Shown: piece after piece, positions 40,505-54,793 of the stretch
Layout: every line of letters starts with the position of its first letter
Position numbering within the stretch: position 1 is the first letter of the stretch
Assembly (NCBI GenBank): GCA_964016885.1
Contig: OZ024745.1
Coordinates: 24,490,001-24,554,000, forward strand
Origin: Eledone cirrhosa
Taxonomy: Eukaryota
Length of the DNA stretch: 64,000 nt
Direction: 5' to 3'
Translations under genes and position numbers: made by a program
Notes under the pieces: generated by a model
The model's database searches: none
Told to the model about the DNA's origin: nothing
What the model saw: the letters and a program-made list of their open reading frames with translations, nothing else

Positions 40505-42874
40505 ATATTTGGGGAGGGTCATATTTGCGTAATATTGCCAGAATTAATAACAGAACACACTCACTGTTTGGTTGGTTTTCGCTTCTCGCTGTCTTTTATA
40601 TCTGCGATCTAACTTACTCGGTCCTCAATGTTGCCATTGACTGACCGACGGTCAAAAATAATACAGATACAATATAGACACAAACACATATATATAGTTT
40701 ACATAATTTACATAAATCTTTCGTTGCACATCTGCAACATCGTCAGTGGTGTTATATTTTTTCCTCCTGTTGTGTTGTATGTCTACGCCATTTTTTATTC
40801 AGTCTGTCTATATATTTATTTATTTATTTGCTTGTTTGTTTATTTTATTTTGTCTTCTTTGCGCATGCGTTTGCGTGTGTGTATAGTGTTATGTGTGCTG
40901 TGTGACTAGTGTGTATAGTGTTGTGTCTGCTGGGTGACTAGTGTCTGTTTATGTGCTTGTGTATGTATTTATTTATCTTATTTTATATTATTTTATTTAT
41001 TTACTTATTTATACTTCTCTTAGGTCAGTGTTGTTTGTTTGGGTGTTGTTGTTGTTCCACTCATTCTTTCTGTTTAGCTTTGGTCTTCTAATTTCTATTT
41101 CACTGGCCTCTCTGATTTGCCTATCTGCTGGGTCATTCCTATGTTTAGATATTATTCTAATTTCTATGTTGTCAATGTTACCGTCATGTTGTTGTCTAGC
41201 ATGTTCGTATAGTACTGACCCGTTTTTTCGTCCTTTTAGTTCCCCCCAGTGTTGGTCTATCCTTTCACCTATGCTACGAGCTGTCTCACCTATGTATGTT
41301 GTTGTCATGTTTCTGCAACTACCCTCTGTACATCTTATGCTATAGACTACGTTTCTAGTTTTACAGTTTATTCGGGGGTTCACCTTACATATGATACATT
41401 TCCTATTGGTACAGTGGGTTTTCTTAAAAGGGTAGGTTTTGCTGATCAGGGATTTTATGGTGGTTCCTGGCTTTTCTACCACCTTTATTTTTAAGTGGGT
41501 CTTTCTCAGGGCCTTCTACACTGGTTAGCTAATTTCCCTCCAAGGGTGGCGTCCACAAACATGACACTCTGATATCTCTGGTTGTCGTACCATGATGTGG
41601 CCTTCCCTATCTTATGTCTAGCCCTATCTAAGCTATTCCATGATTTGCTCCTGTATAGTGGGCAAATTCCTTTCATGTCCAATTCTATGAGGGTCTTATA
41701 CTTTTCCATGGCTCCTTCGTATACTCTGACTCTGTCTCTTTGGTTGTAGCCAGAGAACTGCATGCGGTTGATGAAGTGTTGGATGTGTCTTTCCATTTCT
41801 GTTGGGTCGCACATGCTGGACACATTCTTCATCACTCGTACCAAATCTGCGATCAGAATATTAAACTTAGCACTACTGGACATTGCTGAGTTTTTGAGTA
41901 TCAGGTATTTGGAGGCCATGGGTTTAGCATAGTGTGAGTGGAGAATTTGGGCTCTCTCGTCTATAGTGTTAATCCAGAGTTCTGTGTCTAATACAGGTAG
42001 TCTATTGTTAGGGTGTTTGGAAGGGAAGTCGATAGTTACAGTTATACTCTGGTGTATGGAATTAGCTATCTGCTGGATGCTTTCCATTGTGCTACGTTCT
42101 AAATCAAACTTGTTAGTGCTCTCTAGTGGGGGTGTTCTTATAACTATATTGATATCGTCTACATAACGAGAGTACATGATGAGGTCTATGGAGCTTTCAT
42201 TAAGGAGATCTTTAAGTCTCCTTTCCCACCATACCATGAAAAGGTTGGCAACATCACCAGCTATGCTGACGCCGATGGCTGCTCCCTCATTTTGGGTGTA
42301 GATTTTCTCATTGAACTTAAATATGTGGCCCTTTAGGGTAGTTTTGATACTAGCCCCTATTGCATGTGCGACCATTTTTCTTACCTGATCAGTGTTTTGG
42401 GGGGTCCGTATAGCTTTGGTCCACCCAATCCACCTTCCCATGGGAGTCTTTTTTGCCATTGAGGTTATGGTGGGGGGTCTACCTCTTATAGGTCTACTAG
42501 GGCAGAAACATCTAAGGTCATGGCTGTCTAGGTAGTCAGTGTCGTAGGTAAGTCTAAGTAGGAGGCCCAGTTCGTCTGTGTCGACGTCGCAGAACTCCAC
42601 CTCACTCTCAATGATCATCTCCACACATCTTTTCACAGCAAAATCAATGTTAATGGATGGGTACAGTGACACCACATCCATGCTGCCTATTATGCAGTTG
42701 GATAGGCTCCTGTTTTTGTTGCACTCACTGATTCTGCTGAGGAGGTCCTCTGTACTTTCACATACATCTGGGGACATTTTGATTATGGGGCGTATAACCA
42801 TTGAGAGGAAGTAGGAGATCCTGTAGTTGCTAGCTATATTAGCTCCGCATACGGGTCTTGTTGGTGGTCCAACA
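40500..42874 (-). mobile_element. Related PLE family, 5'-truncated, between TA-rich tracts
   Basis: [33 protein letters not shown]. Frameshift near 41510. GIY-YIG NVVYSIRC..TYIGET ends at 41009. The pLTR ends in MTLPKYNN. Confidence 0.92.
40706..40752 (-). ncRNA. Hammerhead motif of the second PLE family (stem I degraded)
   Basis: Minus: cacca-CTGACGA-t-gttgca-gatg-tgcaac-GAAA-gatt-TA-tgt. Same geometry as 35845-35889 with a covarying stem II. Confidence 0.7.
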
Positions 42875-42917
42875 ATATACATGTATATATGTATATATAT
42901 ATATATATATATATGTG

Positions 42918-42978
<61 letters not shown>

Positions 42979-43092
42979 ATATATATATATATATATATAT
43001 ACGTATATATATATATATATATATGTATGTATATATATATATATATATATATACATATATACATGTATATATGTATATATATATATACATAT

Positions 43093-43155
<63 letters not shown>

Positions 43156-43215
43156 CATATATACATGTATATATGTATATATATATATATATACATATAT
43201 ACATATATACATGTA

Positions 43216-43264
<49 letters not shown>

Positions 43265-43271
43265 GTATATT

Positions 43272-43326
<55 letters not shown>

Positions 43327-43443
43327 ATATGTATATATATATATATATATACATATATACATGTATATATGTATATATATATATATATACATATATACAT
43401 GTATATATGTATATATATATATATATATACATATATACATGTA

Positions 43444-43527
<84 letters not shown>

Positions 43528-44065
43528 TAATGTTTAGTTAGCAAATGGAGGTTGTTTTAATTGATTGCCAGGTTTCATAGATAGAAACTATAATAGTCGA
43601 TTGTGTGTTTTCAGTTGGAAAAGTGGCTATCACTGTGAGACGACTTCACGTACTGAATTCATCTTTATGGTTCTCCAATAGGAATTTGGTAGCAAATTGA
43701 CAAGCCGAGATGGTTTATACTTCTGACAAACACTCATACTGAAATGGTAGACGAGCAGAATTCTATTATACTGAATATTTAATAAGTTAGCTTCGTATAA
43801 ATTCGATAAACATTTTCTTTATATTCATTTCAACTATGTCCATAACTTTGCAACTTCCAAAAGAATATTAAATGATCCCTGTTGTTGTTATTGTCGCTGT
43901 TGTTGCTTCTGCTGTTGTTGTTGTATAACCTCAGGTAGGGCCTGATCGAGCAGACACAGTCTCAAGAATATTCCTGTTGTGATTCTCTCCCATATTTTAT
44001 TCAAACATAGAGTTATTTAGGACTGCATTATCCAATATATTCTTGCCTCCGTTAAGATATTAGAG

Positions 44066-44345
44066 CAGCCTTTCTCAACCTTTTTCGAATAGTTTTCATG
44101 TCTCAGAGAATCCCTGCATAAAAATTATTATATACCATTTTTAATATCCATCTCTTTTATATTTTATCGTAGTTCTCGGGGTAAACATAATGTTCTTATT
44201 CAGATAAGGTTTTAGGAAAATATTACTCGCTTTTTGGTAAAATTAAACAAAAATTACTCAAAAATACATTTGCTTGTTTATCACCGTTTCTCGCCGAACT
44301 TCTAACGACCCTGGGGTTCCGAAAAACACCGGTTGAGAAACATTG
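44066..44345. mobile_element. hAT-like MITE
   Basis: TIRs CAGCCTTTCTCAACC and GGTTGAGAAACATTG. Decayed 8-bp TSD TATTAGAG/CCATAGAG. Confidence 0.65.
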
Positions 44346-44576
44346 CCATAGAGTATGATTTTTAAGAACGTGGGGTGCTACCTCTAGTGAGCTGAGTCAC
44401 CACGTAGAAGCAGCCTTCAGCGTTTGTGTTTGCATGTGTGTACACCTGTGTATATTTGTGATGTGTGTTTTATGTGCGTACACCTGTGTATGTGTATGTG
44501 CGTATTGTGTGTACATATGTGTGTATGTACTTGCATGTTTCTAAATTCCATTTCGACTGGTGAAAATGTATAAAAC

Positions 44577-45172
44577 AATTGTTTCTACTTTTGTCACAAG
44601 GCCAGCAATTATCCCAGTACATTACTGGTACTTTATTTTATCGACCCCGTAAGGATGAAAGGCAAAGTTAACCTCTGCTGGATTTGAACTCAGACTATAA
44701 AGGGCCGTAACTCTATGCTGCAAAGCATGGCGTTCAACCCACTACCGATACTGACAATCCACAAAATAATGATTTCTAGTATAGACACAAGGCCGGTAAT
44801 TTGGGGGGAGGGGAAAGTCGATTAAATCGACCCCAGTACATTACTGGCCCTTTATTTTATCGACCCTGTAAGGATGGAAGGCAAAGTTAACCTCGGCGGG
44901 GTTTGAACTCAGACCGTAAAGGACCGTAACTCTATGTCGCAAAGCGTGGTGTCCGACCCTCTGCCGGTACTGCCAATCCACAAAATAATTGTTTCTATTT
45001 TAGGCACAAGGCCAGCAATTACCCAGTACATTACTGGTACTTTATTTTATCGACCCCGTAAGGATGAAAGGTAAAGTTAACCTCGGGGGGATTTGAACTC
45101 AGATCATAAAGGGACGTAACTCTATGTTTCAAAGCATGGTGTCCGACTCTCTACCGATACTGCCAATCCACC
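44577..45172 (-). mobile_element. Three head-to-tail family A SINEs
   Basis: Copies at about 44577-44762, 44768-44981 and 44987-45172. Confidence 0.9.
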
Positions 45173-45264
45173 GAAAACCAAAACATACATACATATATGA
45201 AAATATGCATGCATACATACATACATGCTGACATACATATATACATACAAGCATATATGGTACG

Positions 45265-45319
<55 letters not shown>

Positions 45320-45321
<2 letters not shown>

Positions 45322-45929
45322 GGTGGCTGCCAACTCGTTTTCGAGTACGGCCACTACTTTATATCCATGTAGGAGAACCCCTACTGATGCGCTGAACGAG
45401 TGTGACTTTTTAGTCCAGTCAGCGACTTGAAAACTTTGGTACAAACACTACACTTGTGACAATTATTGACGCATAGTGCTGGGCCCATGGTACCATGTGA
45501 CGACAAATGCAGAGAGATCTCCAGATATAAAGCAATGCCTGTGCCGTGAAGCTTTTATAGTGAGCAAAGGCACTGCACAAAGCCAGTCCCACTCTCTTAA
45601 CCAAGATGATATTTACCAAAAAGAAGAACAAGTCAACATCATTGGATACCATCAGGGTTGCAGGTGTTATATCAGAGTTTTCCTTCTCCTAGAATTCTGC
45701 CTTGACAAAGGCTAAGGGGTCATCTCTCCCGGTGAGTTTGGATGGCCATTGACTCTTAAGAGATCCGTTGCCCTTTGACAGATTTTGTTTTTAGTCCTGC
45801 AGGATGTCCAAAGCCACCCTCCTCACCAAGAAACCTTGGTGGGGTTGCCAGTTTAGTCGCCAATGACCCGACCATGAGACAGTTTGTACTGGGAGACATG
45901 TTACCAGTAGCACCAACTGGTGACCTGAC
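45320..45929 (-). mobile_element. Bipartite non-autonomous RTE derivative, copy 1
   Basis: Minus strand has the RTE-type 5' UTR motif ctaggagaaggaaaactctg, a terminal C2H2 finger [25 protein letters not shown], a 3' hairpin ctcg-aaaa-cgag and a microsatellite tail. No EN or RT. Confidence 0.7.
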
Positions 45930-46187
45930 ATATACATACATACATACATACATACATACATACATACATACATACATACATGCTTATATACATATATACA
46001 TACAAGCATATATTGTACGTACATACATATATATATATACATACATACATACATGCTTACATACATATATACATACAAGCATATATCGTACGTACATGCA
46101 TATATATATATACATACCTACATACATATATACATACATGCATATATCGTACGTACACGCATACATACATACACACATAAATGCATG

Positions 46188-46254
<67 letters not shown>

Positions 46255-46376
46255 GCATACATACATGCATACATACATGCATACATACATACATACATAC
46301 ATACATACATACATACATACATACATACATACATACATACATACATACATACATACATAAATACATACATACATAC

Positions 46377-46986
46377 ATGGTGGCTGTCAACTCGTTTTCG
46401 AGTGCGGCCACTACTTCATATCCATGTAGGAGAACCCCTACTGATGCACTGAACGAGTGTGACTTTTTAGTCCAGCCAGGGACTTGAAAACTCTGGTACA
46501 AACACTGCACTTGTGACAATTATTCACACATATTGCTGGGCCCATGGTACCATGTGACGACAAGTGCAGAGAGATCTCCAGATATAAAGCAATGCCTGTA
46601 CCGTGAAGCTTTTATAGTGAGCAAAGGCACTGCACAAAGCCAGTCCCACTCTCTTAACCAAGATGATATTTACCAAAAAGAAGAACAAGTCAACATCATT
46701 GGATACCATCAGGGTTGCAGGTGTTATATCAGAGTTTTCCTTCTCCTAGAATTCTGCCTTGACAAAGGCTAAGGGGTCATCTCTCCCGGTGATTTTGGAT
46801 GGCCATTGACTCTTAAGAGCTTCTTTGCCCTTTGCCAGGTCTTGTTTTTAGTCCTACAGGATGTCCAAAGTCACCCTCCTCACCAAGAAACCTTGGTGGG
46901 GTTGCCAGTTTAGTCGCCAATGACCCGACCATGAGACAGGTTGTACTGGGATACATGTTACCAGTAGCACCAACTGGTGACCTGAC
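46377..46986 (-). mobile_element. Bipartite non-autonomous RTE derivative, copy 2
   Basis: About 95% identical to copy 1 by eye. Finger [25 protein letters not shown]. (ATGT)n tail. Confidence 0.7.
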
Positions 46987-47245
46987 ATACATACATATAT
47001 ACATACATATATATATACATATATACATACATATATATATATACATATATACATACATATATATATACATATATATATACATACATATATATATACATAT
47101 ATATATACATACATATACATATACATATATATATACATATATATATACATATATATATACATATATATAAACATACATACATACATACATACATACATAC
47201 ATACATACATACATACATACATACATACATACATACATACATACA

Positions 47246-50200
47246 TTAAATTTAAGATGAGTACTATCTCCGACAGTAATGCCACAACTACAGTCAGATT
47301 GAATAACTGGTTATTCTTCTAACTATATCTTCTGAAGACACCTTTTATTCGAATTCGTAGAGATATCCGACTAAATACATAATTCATTTTACAAGGATTT
47401 GCTACAAACAGCATGGCTGAACACAACATCAACAAAAAAATTAAGGAAGTATCGAAGACAAACAACAAGAAAGGTAATCAAACTGTATTCAGTTGTAGCT
47501 ACAGAAGAAACCGAAATTATAAATCGCATTTCTCTTGGGGTTGCGAACTTAATAATGATTTATTTAATTGTTATAAAATGGCAAAAAACAATCCCTCCGT
47601 TGGCTATATGAATAGAATGAAACTACACTGGGACGAAATGCACCCAGAGCTAAATTATTTCACAGCGAAACAATTACGCCAACAAGCGACGTTTGTTGAA
47701 CGTAAAAATAAGATAAATATTATTAATTGTAAGTCCCCGACAACAAACATGTTATCAACAACACGTGTACAGGTCGCCATGCTACTATACTTCCTAGCAG
47801 CCAGGTCGAACAGCGCCTTGAAACAACTGTGCCTGTAAGAAACTTGACACCACCTGTACCATCTAAGTCTACCTCGAATGCTGGGGTAAACACTATCGAT
47901 AATAATAATAATCGAAGAAATTTGACACCACGTGTACCATCCGAGTCTACCTCAACTATTGTGGAAAATACTATCGATAAGGATAATCAAAAGTATAAAC
48001 AATTGAAAATTTCCCTCAATGAAATCTTCCAGAGAGAAATTAACTCATGTATAAATATCTTTCTTGCTGAACGTGTAAAAACGACAATGTTGAATAAAGA
48101 AACAAATGAAATATTACGTGTTATTGACGAAATAGGGGATGAATATTTACGACGGATAAAAATCCCAACATTTTGGCAAATCAACGCCTGTTTATATGCC
48201 TTAGCAATGACAGTAAAGCATTATCTTGGTGATAGTAGAGATATTAACACGAAACAAAACACCATCAAAAATACCATCATATATAACTAAAATAGAAAAA
48301 AAGATTGTTGACCTACGAAAAAACATAGGATATGTGATAATGCTCCTTACATGCAAACAAACACAAAAAAACCTCACTCCTCACCAACAAAGAGTGAAAA
48401 ATAAAATAGAGACGATGTTTGGTAACAGTAGAACCAGAACTCTTCAATATAAGCTGATCACCCTCAAACAAGAATTGAGAGCTGTTAGCCAAAAGTGCCG
48501 ATACCTGAAGAAGGTAGATGAGAGAAAAGTGCTTAATAAAAGATTCAGACGAAACCAAACATCAGTCTATAGAGATATGAAGGGCAAAATAATAAATGTC
48601 ACTGAGGCCCCATCCCAGAAAGACATAGATTCCTTTTAGAGCAAAATATGGGGTGAAAAGAAGAATTTCAACCAAGATGCAGTGTGGCTAAGAGAAATCC
48701 GAAAGAACTATTGCTCCTACACTACGACAAAAACATACGATATAAGTGAGGGTACCCTTGAGACTGTGATAGAAAGATAAGAAAACACCAGGAAGAGACA
48801 TGATTGTCGGCTACTGGTACAAAAAACTGATAATCTATCGGAGGTATCTTACTGACCTCTACCAATAAGTTCTTAAGGGAGATACACTTATACCAGAATG
48901 GTTGACATTAGCACAAACATTGCTGGTTCCCAAGAACAAAGACACCCACTTGGCAAAAAATTACCGACCCATTGCATGCCAGAACCTGATGTATAAGATG
49001 TATACAGCCTGCCTGAACCTATTCCTCTAAGATCACTGTGAAAATAATAACATCATCACAGATGAACAAGCAGCTGGAAAGAAAGGGGTTTGGAGATGTG
49101 CTGAACAACTCCTAATCAACAAAACTGCGATGTCGGAGGTGCGACAACTCAGGAGGAATATGACTACAGTCTGGCTGGACTACAGGAAAGCTTTTGAGTC
49201 TGTTCCCCACTCTTGGATGATAGAGGCCCTCCAACTTGCTAAAGTCCGGAGACATTATTGTCAGAGCCATAGAGAGGCTGTCTTCTTCTTGGGCTACTAT
49301 CCTAAGGTTAAAGACAGAGAGGGAGGACTCTATTTTCATTGGTAAAATAAAATATTGCAGGGGTATATTTCAGGGGGACGGTCTCTCTGTGATATTATTC
49401 ATCTTGTCATTAAACCCCTTGTCCTTTTTGCTCAAGAAATGTGAGGGATACATCATTGGCTCACAGGAGGACAGAAATACGAACCTAACCCATAATTTCT
49501 TTGTGGACGATCTGAAACTCTATGCCAAGAACATGGATGGGATGAAGAAACATCTTGACCTGGTTACAACGTTCTCAAAGGATATAGGAATGGAGTTTGG
49601 CCAAGATAAATGCTCATACTTGACTGTAAAGCGGGGAAAAACAACAACCCAATCTAGCAACATTGTCATCAATGGCCTAACTGTTTCACCGATATCTGAT
49701 GAGGACTGCTACAGCTACCTGGGGATAGATGAGAACTTATCCTATAATGGTACCTGTAATAAAGAACGCGTAACCAAGGAATACTACACCCGATTAAGAA
49801 AGATCTTGTCAGCGGAACTCTTTGCGCAAAACAAAACAGTGGCTCACAATGTGTTTGCTCTGCCTGTACTAACACCAACGTTTGGAACATTCAATTGGAC
49901 GATAGACGAAATCCGAGCAGTTGATGTTGGAACTCGAAAATTGCTGAACAACACCGGAAACTTCCACATCAACAGTGACATAGACCGCCTTTACTTCAAA
50001 CGTAAGCAGGGAGGCAGAGGCCTAACATCAGTCCAGACAACATTTGAATATCGCATCATATCTCTCCTACAACATCTGCGAATCTCGAAGCGTAGGAGCC
50101 CGTTTCTTGAGCAAGTATATCTGCATGAAACAGATAAGATCATGAGAGTTGGGAAGGAACTCCTCGAGAGATATTCCCTGTGTGATATTCAAAAACTCAC

Positions 50201-51291
50201 ACCCAGGGATCTCGCTCAGCAGTATCGCAGTGAATCCATGGATGAAAAACTGCAAGCCTATCAGCAAAAAATCATGCATGGATATGTTGCCAGGAAGCTC
50301 CAGAGTGAGAGTAATATAGATAAGGAAAGTAGTCTATCTTGGACCAACAACCGCTATATTGGCTCCCACTTGGAAGGATACGCTTTTGCAATCCAGGAAC
50401 AGGACATGAACACGAAATAGCTGATTCACAAAATAAGATAGGGATGCAGGCAAAACACCTAGATGTGATAACAAGTGCAGACTCTGCAGAACTAATATCG
50501 AGGATATCACCCACGTCATCAGCAGCTGTCCAAATATGTCATCGCGGTACTATCTACCTATGAGGCATGATGTAGTGGCCAAAACACTGTACAATGCAGT
50601 TCGTAAAAAAGATAGCCCCGATAATAAACACATTAAAAGCTACAGCAATGTGGAAGACATTCATGTACATAATATGAAAGAGTACTGGTGGAATGTTCCA
50701 GTAAAAACCCCAATAAAATGCAGGCATAACAGACAAGATATTATGATATGGGACAGGGAGAAGAAAGCATGCACAGTAGTGGAAATTAGCTGCCCAGCAG
50801 ATGCCAATATAATATCAAAGATCAGTGAAAAGGCGAACATTTATGCAGAACTGATGAGAAATCTGCAGATACTCCACCCTGATTACACCTTCAGATGTAT
50901 GCCTGTGATTATTGGGGCACTGGGATATGTTAGTAACTGCCTCAATACAAATCTTGAGAAGCTAGGCTTTACAGGAACAGAAAGAACACAACTCGTTAGG
51001 AAATTACAAGTACAATCCATTAATGGAACAGTAAAAATATGTAAGACATTCCAAAAATGTTGCATCTAATAACTGTACAGATACTAAGCATATACACATG
51101 CACACATACAACTCAAAACATACACATCCACATATACAATAACATCCATATCTACACATGCATGCATACATACATACAAACCTACCTAGTTGATGTTGTG
51201 TAAATTCCAATGAGAGAGTCTTGTGTCTATGTTAGAAACCGACTCTCTCTCTCTATTGGTAAAACTTTGTGAAATTATAAAACCAGAAGAA
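47246..51291 (+). mobile_element. Near full-length, decayed R4/Dong-type non-LTR retrotransposon (RT + CCHC + restriction-like endonuclease) in (CATA)n
   Basis: GYMNRMKLHWDEMHPEL, NYRPIAC, WLDYRKAF, GIFQGD, FVDDLKLY, GGRGL, CRLC..HVISSC, RHD, (P>Q)DI..VEISCP. Several stops and frameshifts. (CATA)n on both flanks. Confidence 0.9.
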
Positions 51292-51814
51292 CATACATAC
51301 ATACATACATACATACATACATACATACATACATACATACATACATACATACATACATACATACATACATACATTACAACAACTGACTATGAATCTGACA
51401 GGGCTATGTATATCTTTAAGGAAGTTGTGCGTAAAATATGGCAGGAAACGGGTGCGGTCTGTGTCTAAGAACGTAATTCCGTAGAATTTGTAGAAGTTGC
51501 GGCAGCAGACACAGAGTCTAATATTGAAGCGAAATGTGGTTTTAGTCAATATGAGGATAATGGTGGTAATGGTTGTAATGGTTCTAATGGTTGTGGTTAT
51601 GTTGTGAAGCTGGAAATGGTGGTGGTGTAGAAGATGGAAGGGAGATATAGTACTACTATTTGCTATACGGCGGAGGGTGTGTTAAATATATTTCGGTGTT
51701 ATGGCCGACAGCGTTTAAATTTTACGACTCGAGGCACAACCTCAAGAAACCAATAATTACATCATAATTCTTCGAATATTGGCAACAGGATATGTCTAAG
51801 TGTGTAGGTGTGTT

Positions 51815-51846
<32 letters not shown>

Positions 51847-51998
51847 TGTATGTATGAATGTGTGTTTATATGTATGTATATGTATATGTGTGTGTATGTA
51901 TCTTTATACGTATATATATATGCGTGTGTGTGTGTGTGTGTGCGTGCATGTATATACATAAATACATAGATTTATACACATATACATACATACATATA

Positions 51999-52062
<64 letters not shown>

Positions 52063-52134
52063 TATATGTATGTATGTATGTATATGTGTATAAATCTATG
52101 TATTTATGTATATACATGCACGCACACACACACG

Positions 52135-52230
<96 letters not shown>

Positions 52231-52454
52231 AACTCAGATACAACACACATCACACAAACACACACAAACACACGCACATATATATATATGTATTAATGTA
52301 TATATATGTATATATGTATATATGTATATACGTATTAATGTATATATATGTATATATATGTATTAATGAGTGCGTATGTATGTATTTATGATATGTCAAA
52401 TGTATGTATTTATATACAGGCATACATATATATGCTTGTAAATATGTGCGTGTG

Positions 52455-52495
<41 letters not shown>

Positions 52496-52572
52496 ATGTT
52501 TTTATGTATGTATATATTCATATATGTATGTATGTAAGAATTTATATACGCATGTATGCATGAATATGTTTA

Positions 52573-52652
<80 letters not shown>

Positions 52653-52700
52653 TTTTTATATATATATATTTTATATAAATATGTATATATAATTATATAT

Positions 52701-52848
<148 letters not shown>

Positions 52849-53436
52849 GGAGGGAAAGAGTTGTATATACATATGCATATATATACACACATATACACAC
52901 ACGTATTAGCATGTATCTCTTTTTAATGGCTTCAGTTGTTCCGTTACATTAGCTACATGCTTCCACGTGCAAGATCAGTTGCATGACTGAGTGCATGTGT
53001 GGTTATGATAGCGATTGATTACGTCTGCACAGACGCCAGCTTCACACAAACGAATAACCGGGCACGACACGTGTTTTCGGCACGACCACATGAAGACTAA
53101 CTCGTTCTGTTAGCATGCAAGTCTTCTCTTATATCCTTACAGCTGTCGTTGTAGTCAATTCAATTGAGAGCAGTTAGATGTATGTTGAGAAATTTCCTTG
53201 AGTTCCTTGCCCAATAATATCAAGAATGCCACAATTCTATATATAATGAAATTTACTTTCGGTGGAGTTTGGCGCTCACAGAGAGAAATGGTAAACTGGA
53301 GTGTATTTCGATAGATACTTGAAGAAAGTTCTGGAGAAAAGGTTGGAGCGAATGGTTGTATCTATTTCTCTCTGGTATTAATAAAACTGAAGCAAAAATG
53401 AACTTGTATATTCACGCTATAACGCTCTTCTCTATT

Positions 53437-53466
<30 letters not shown>

Positions 53467-53467
<1 letters not shown>

Positions 53468-53666
53468 ACGAAGGAAATGTGGTAAGGAACCAGATGGACC
53501 ATAACGCACCAAAGTACTCAATACTTAGGGTAGTAGAGTGGGTAATAGGAACGTAGTAGGACCCCGACGGCTGAGCTCAAGCCGTTTCGATGGCTAATTC
53601 TGGACTACCAGAATTAGCCGTCGAAACGGCTTGAGCTCAGCCGTCGGGGTCCTACTTCGTTCCTAT
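53467..53666. mobile_element. Fold-back pLTR insertion in (TA)n turning at the hammerhead stem II loop
   Basis: Arms 53545-53603 and 53608-53666 (2 mismatches, loop ACTA). Both strands read GAAACGGC-ttgagctca-GCCGTC-ggggtcc. No CTGANGA is present. Confidence 0.88.
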
Positions 53667-53732
53667 ATATATATATATATATATATAAAGAGAGAGAGAG
53701 TGGTAAGTAAGAGAGAGAGAGAGAGAGTGGGG

Positions 53733-53818
<86 letters not shown>

Positions 53819-54793
53819 CGCGAGCGTGCGTATGTGTGTATTTTCTGTTGGAGTTTTCAGTCACCGATGGCAAGGTTGTTATTATTAAAGTTTTGGTCTT
53901 TTCTTCATTCTTTGTGCAGCTGTTTGAATTTTAAAATCTTGCAGAATGTTATTCTTCCAGGTATCTTGATCATTTGGCGATTTCTTTCCCTAATAATCCA
54001 GGTTAAGTTCAATGTGTTGAGATATATATATATATCTATACAAATTTTAGTACAACATCAACGAAGCTTTAGGTTGCTGCCAAGCAAACGAATGCAGTTT
54101 CGGTGTGCAGCTAAGCACTCAATAGAGAATTTTACCCCAGAGTTATAACATTAAGTTTAGACAGCTTTGCAAATCAAATACAGCGACCGATAGGCTGGCC
54201 GCTTAGACCATAGCGACGAAAAAAACTGAACTCAGGAAAAATGTTTGACTGACCTGGACCGTTGCGTAGACATTACATGCAACACATAATGTGTACCATA
54301 CAATATACATCACATACAACATACAACATTTCCGCTAGGTTTCTGTAAATCTGAAATCGACAAAAAGGGATAAAAAAGAAGAAAAATAGGGTACCGTTAA
54401 CGACATAGAATGAGTAAATTGTAAATGAGTAAATTTATCTCTAATTTTAATTCTATAATAAATAGACGTACGGATTTATTTTCGCTCTGCTTGCATAAAT
54501 CCCATAGAATTTTCCATAAAGTATACAGCTAATATCTTACTACCTAATTAGTTTAAAATCTAATCTAGCTGTCGTCTGTTCTACAGCGTAGATGTAATTC
54601 ACTTCGCGCAGAAGTTTTGTTCAAATTTATTGCGGAAATTTTGTAAGTTCAATTTTAATTTTGATACTATTGTGTAGCTTGACCCCCCGTCTGAACTGTC
54701 AGGGGGTGGGTCAGCTCGTCTTTGCCTCTCCCAGGGGTGAAAAACCTGTTTTTAAAAATTCTGTGGCATAAAAAATTCAATCGTCTGACAGAA

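Noticed and set aside
43900-44420. Old SINE-like repeat ending ..ggctaaacaacaac (similar pieces near 4790-5050, 19500-19690, 23375-23480)
   Set aside because: Probably real but too decayed to bound or classify by eye.
51385-51545. Unique-looking stretch as possible host exon
   Set aside because: No recognisable protein motif or convincing splice pair.
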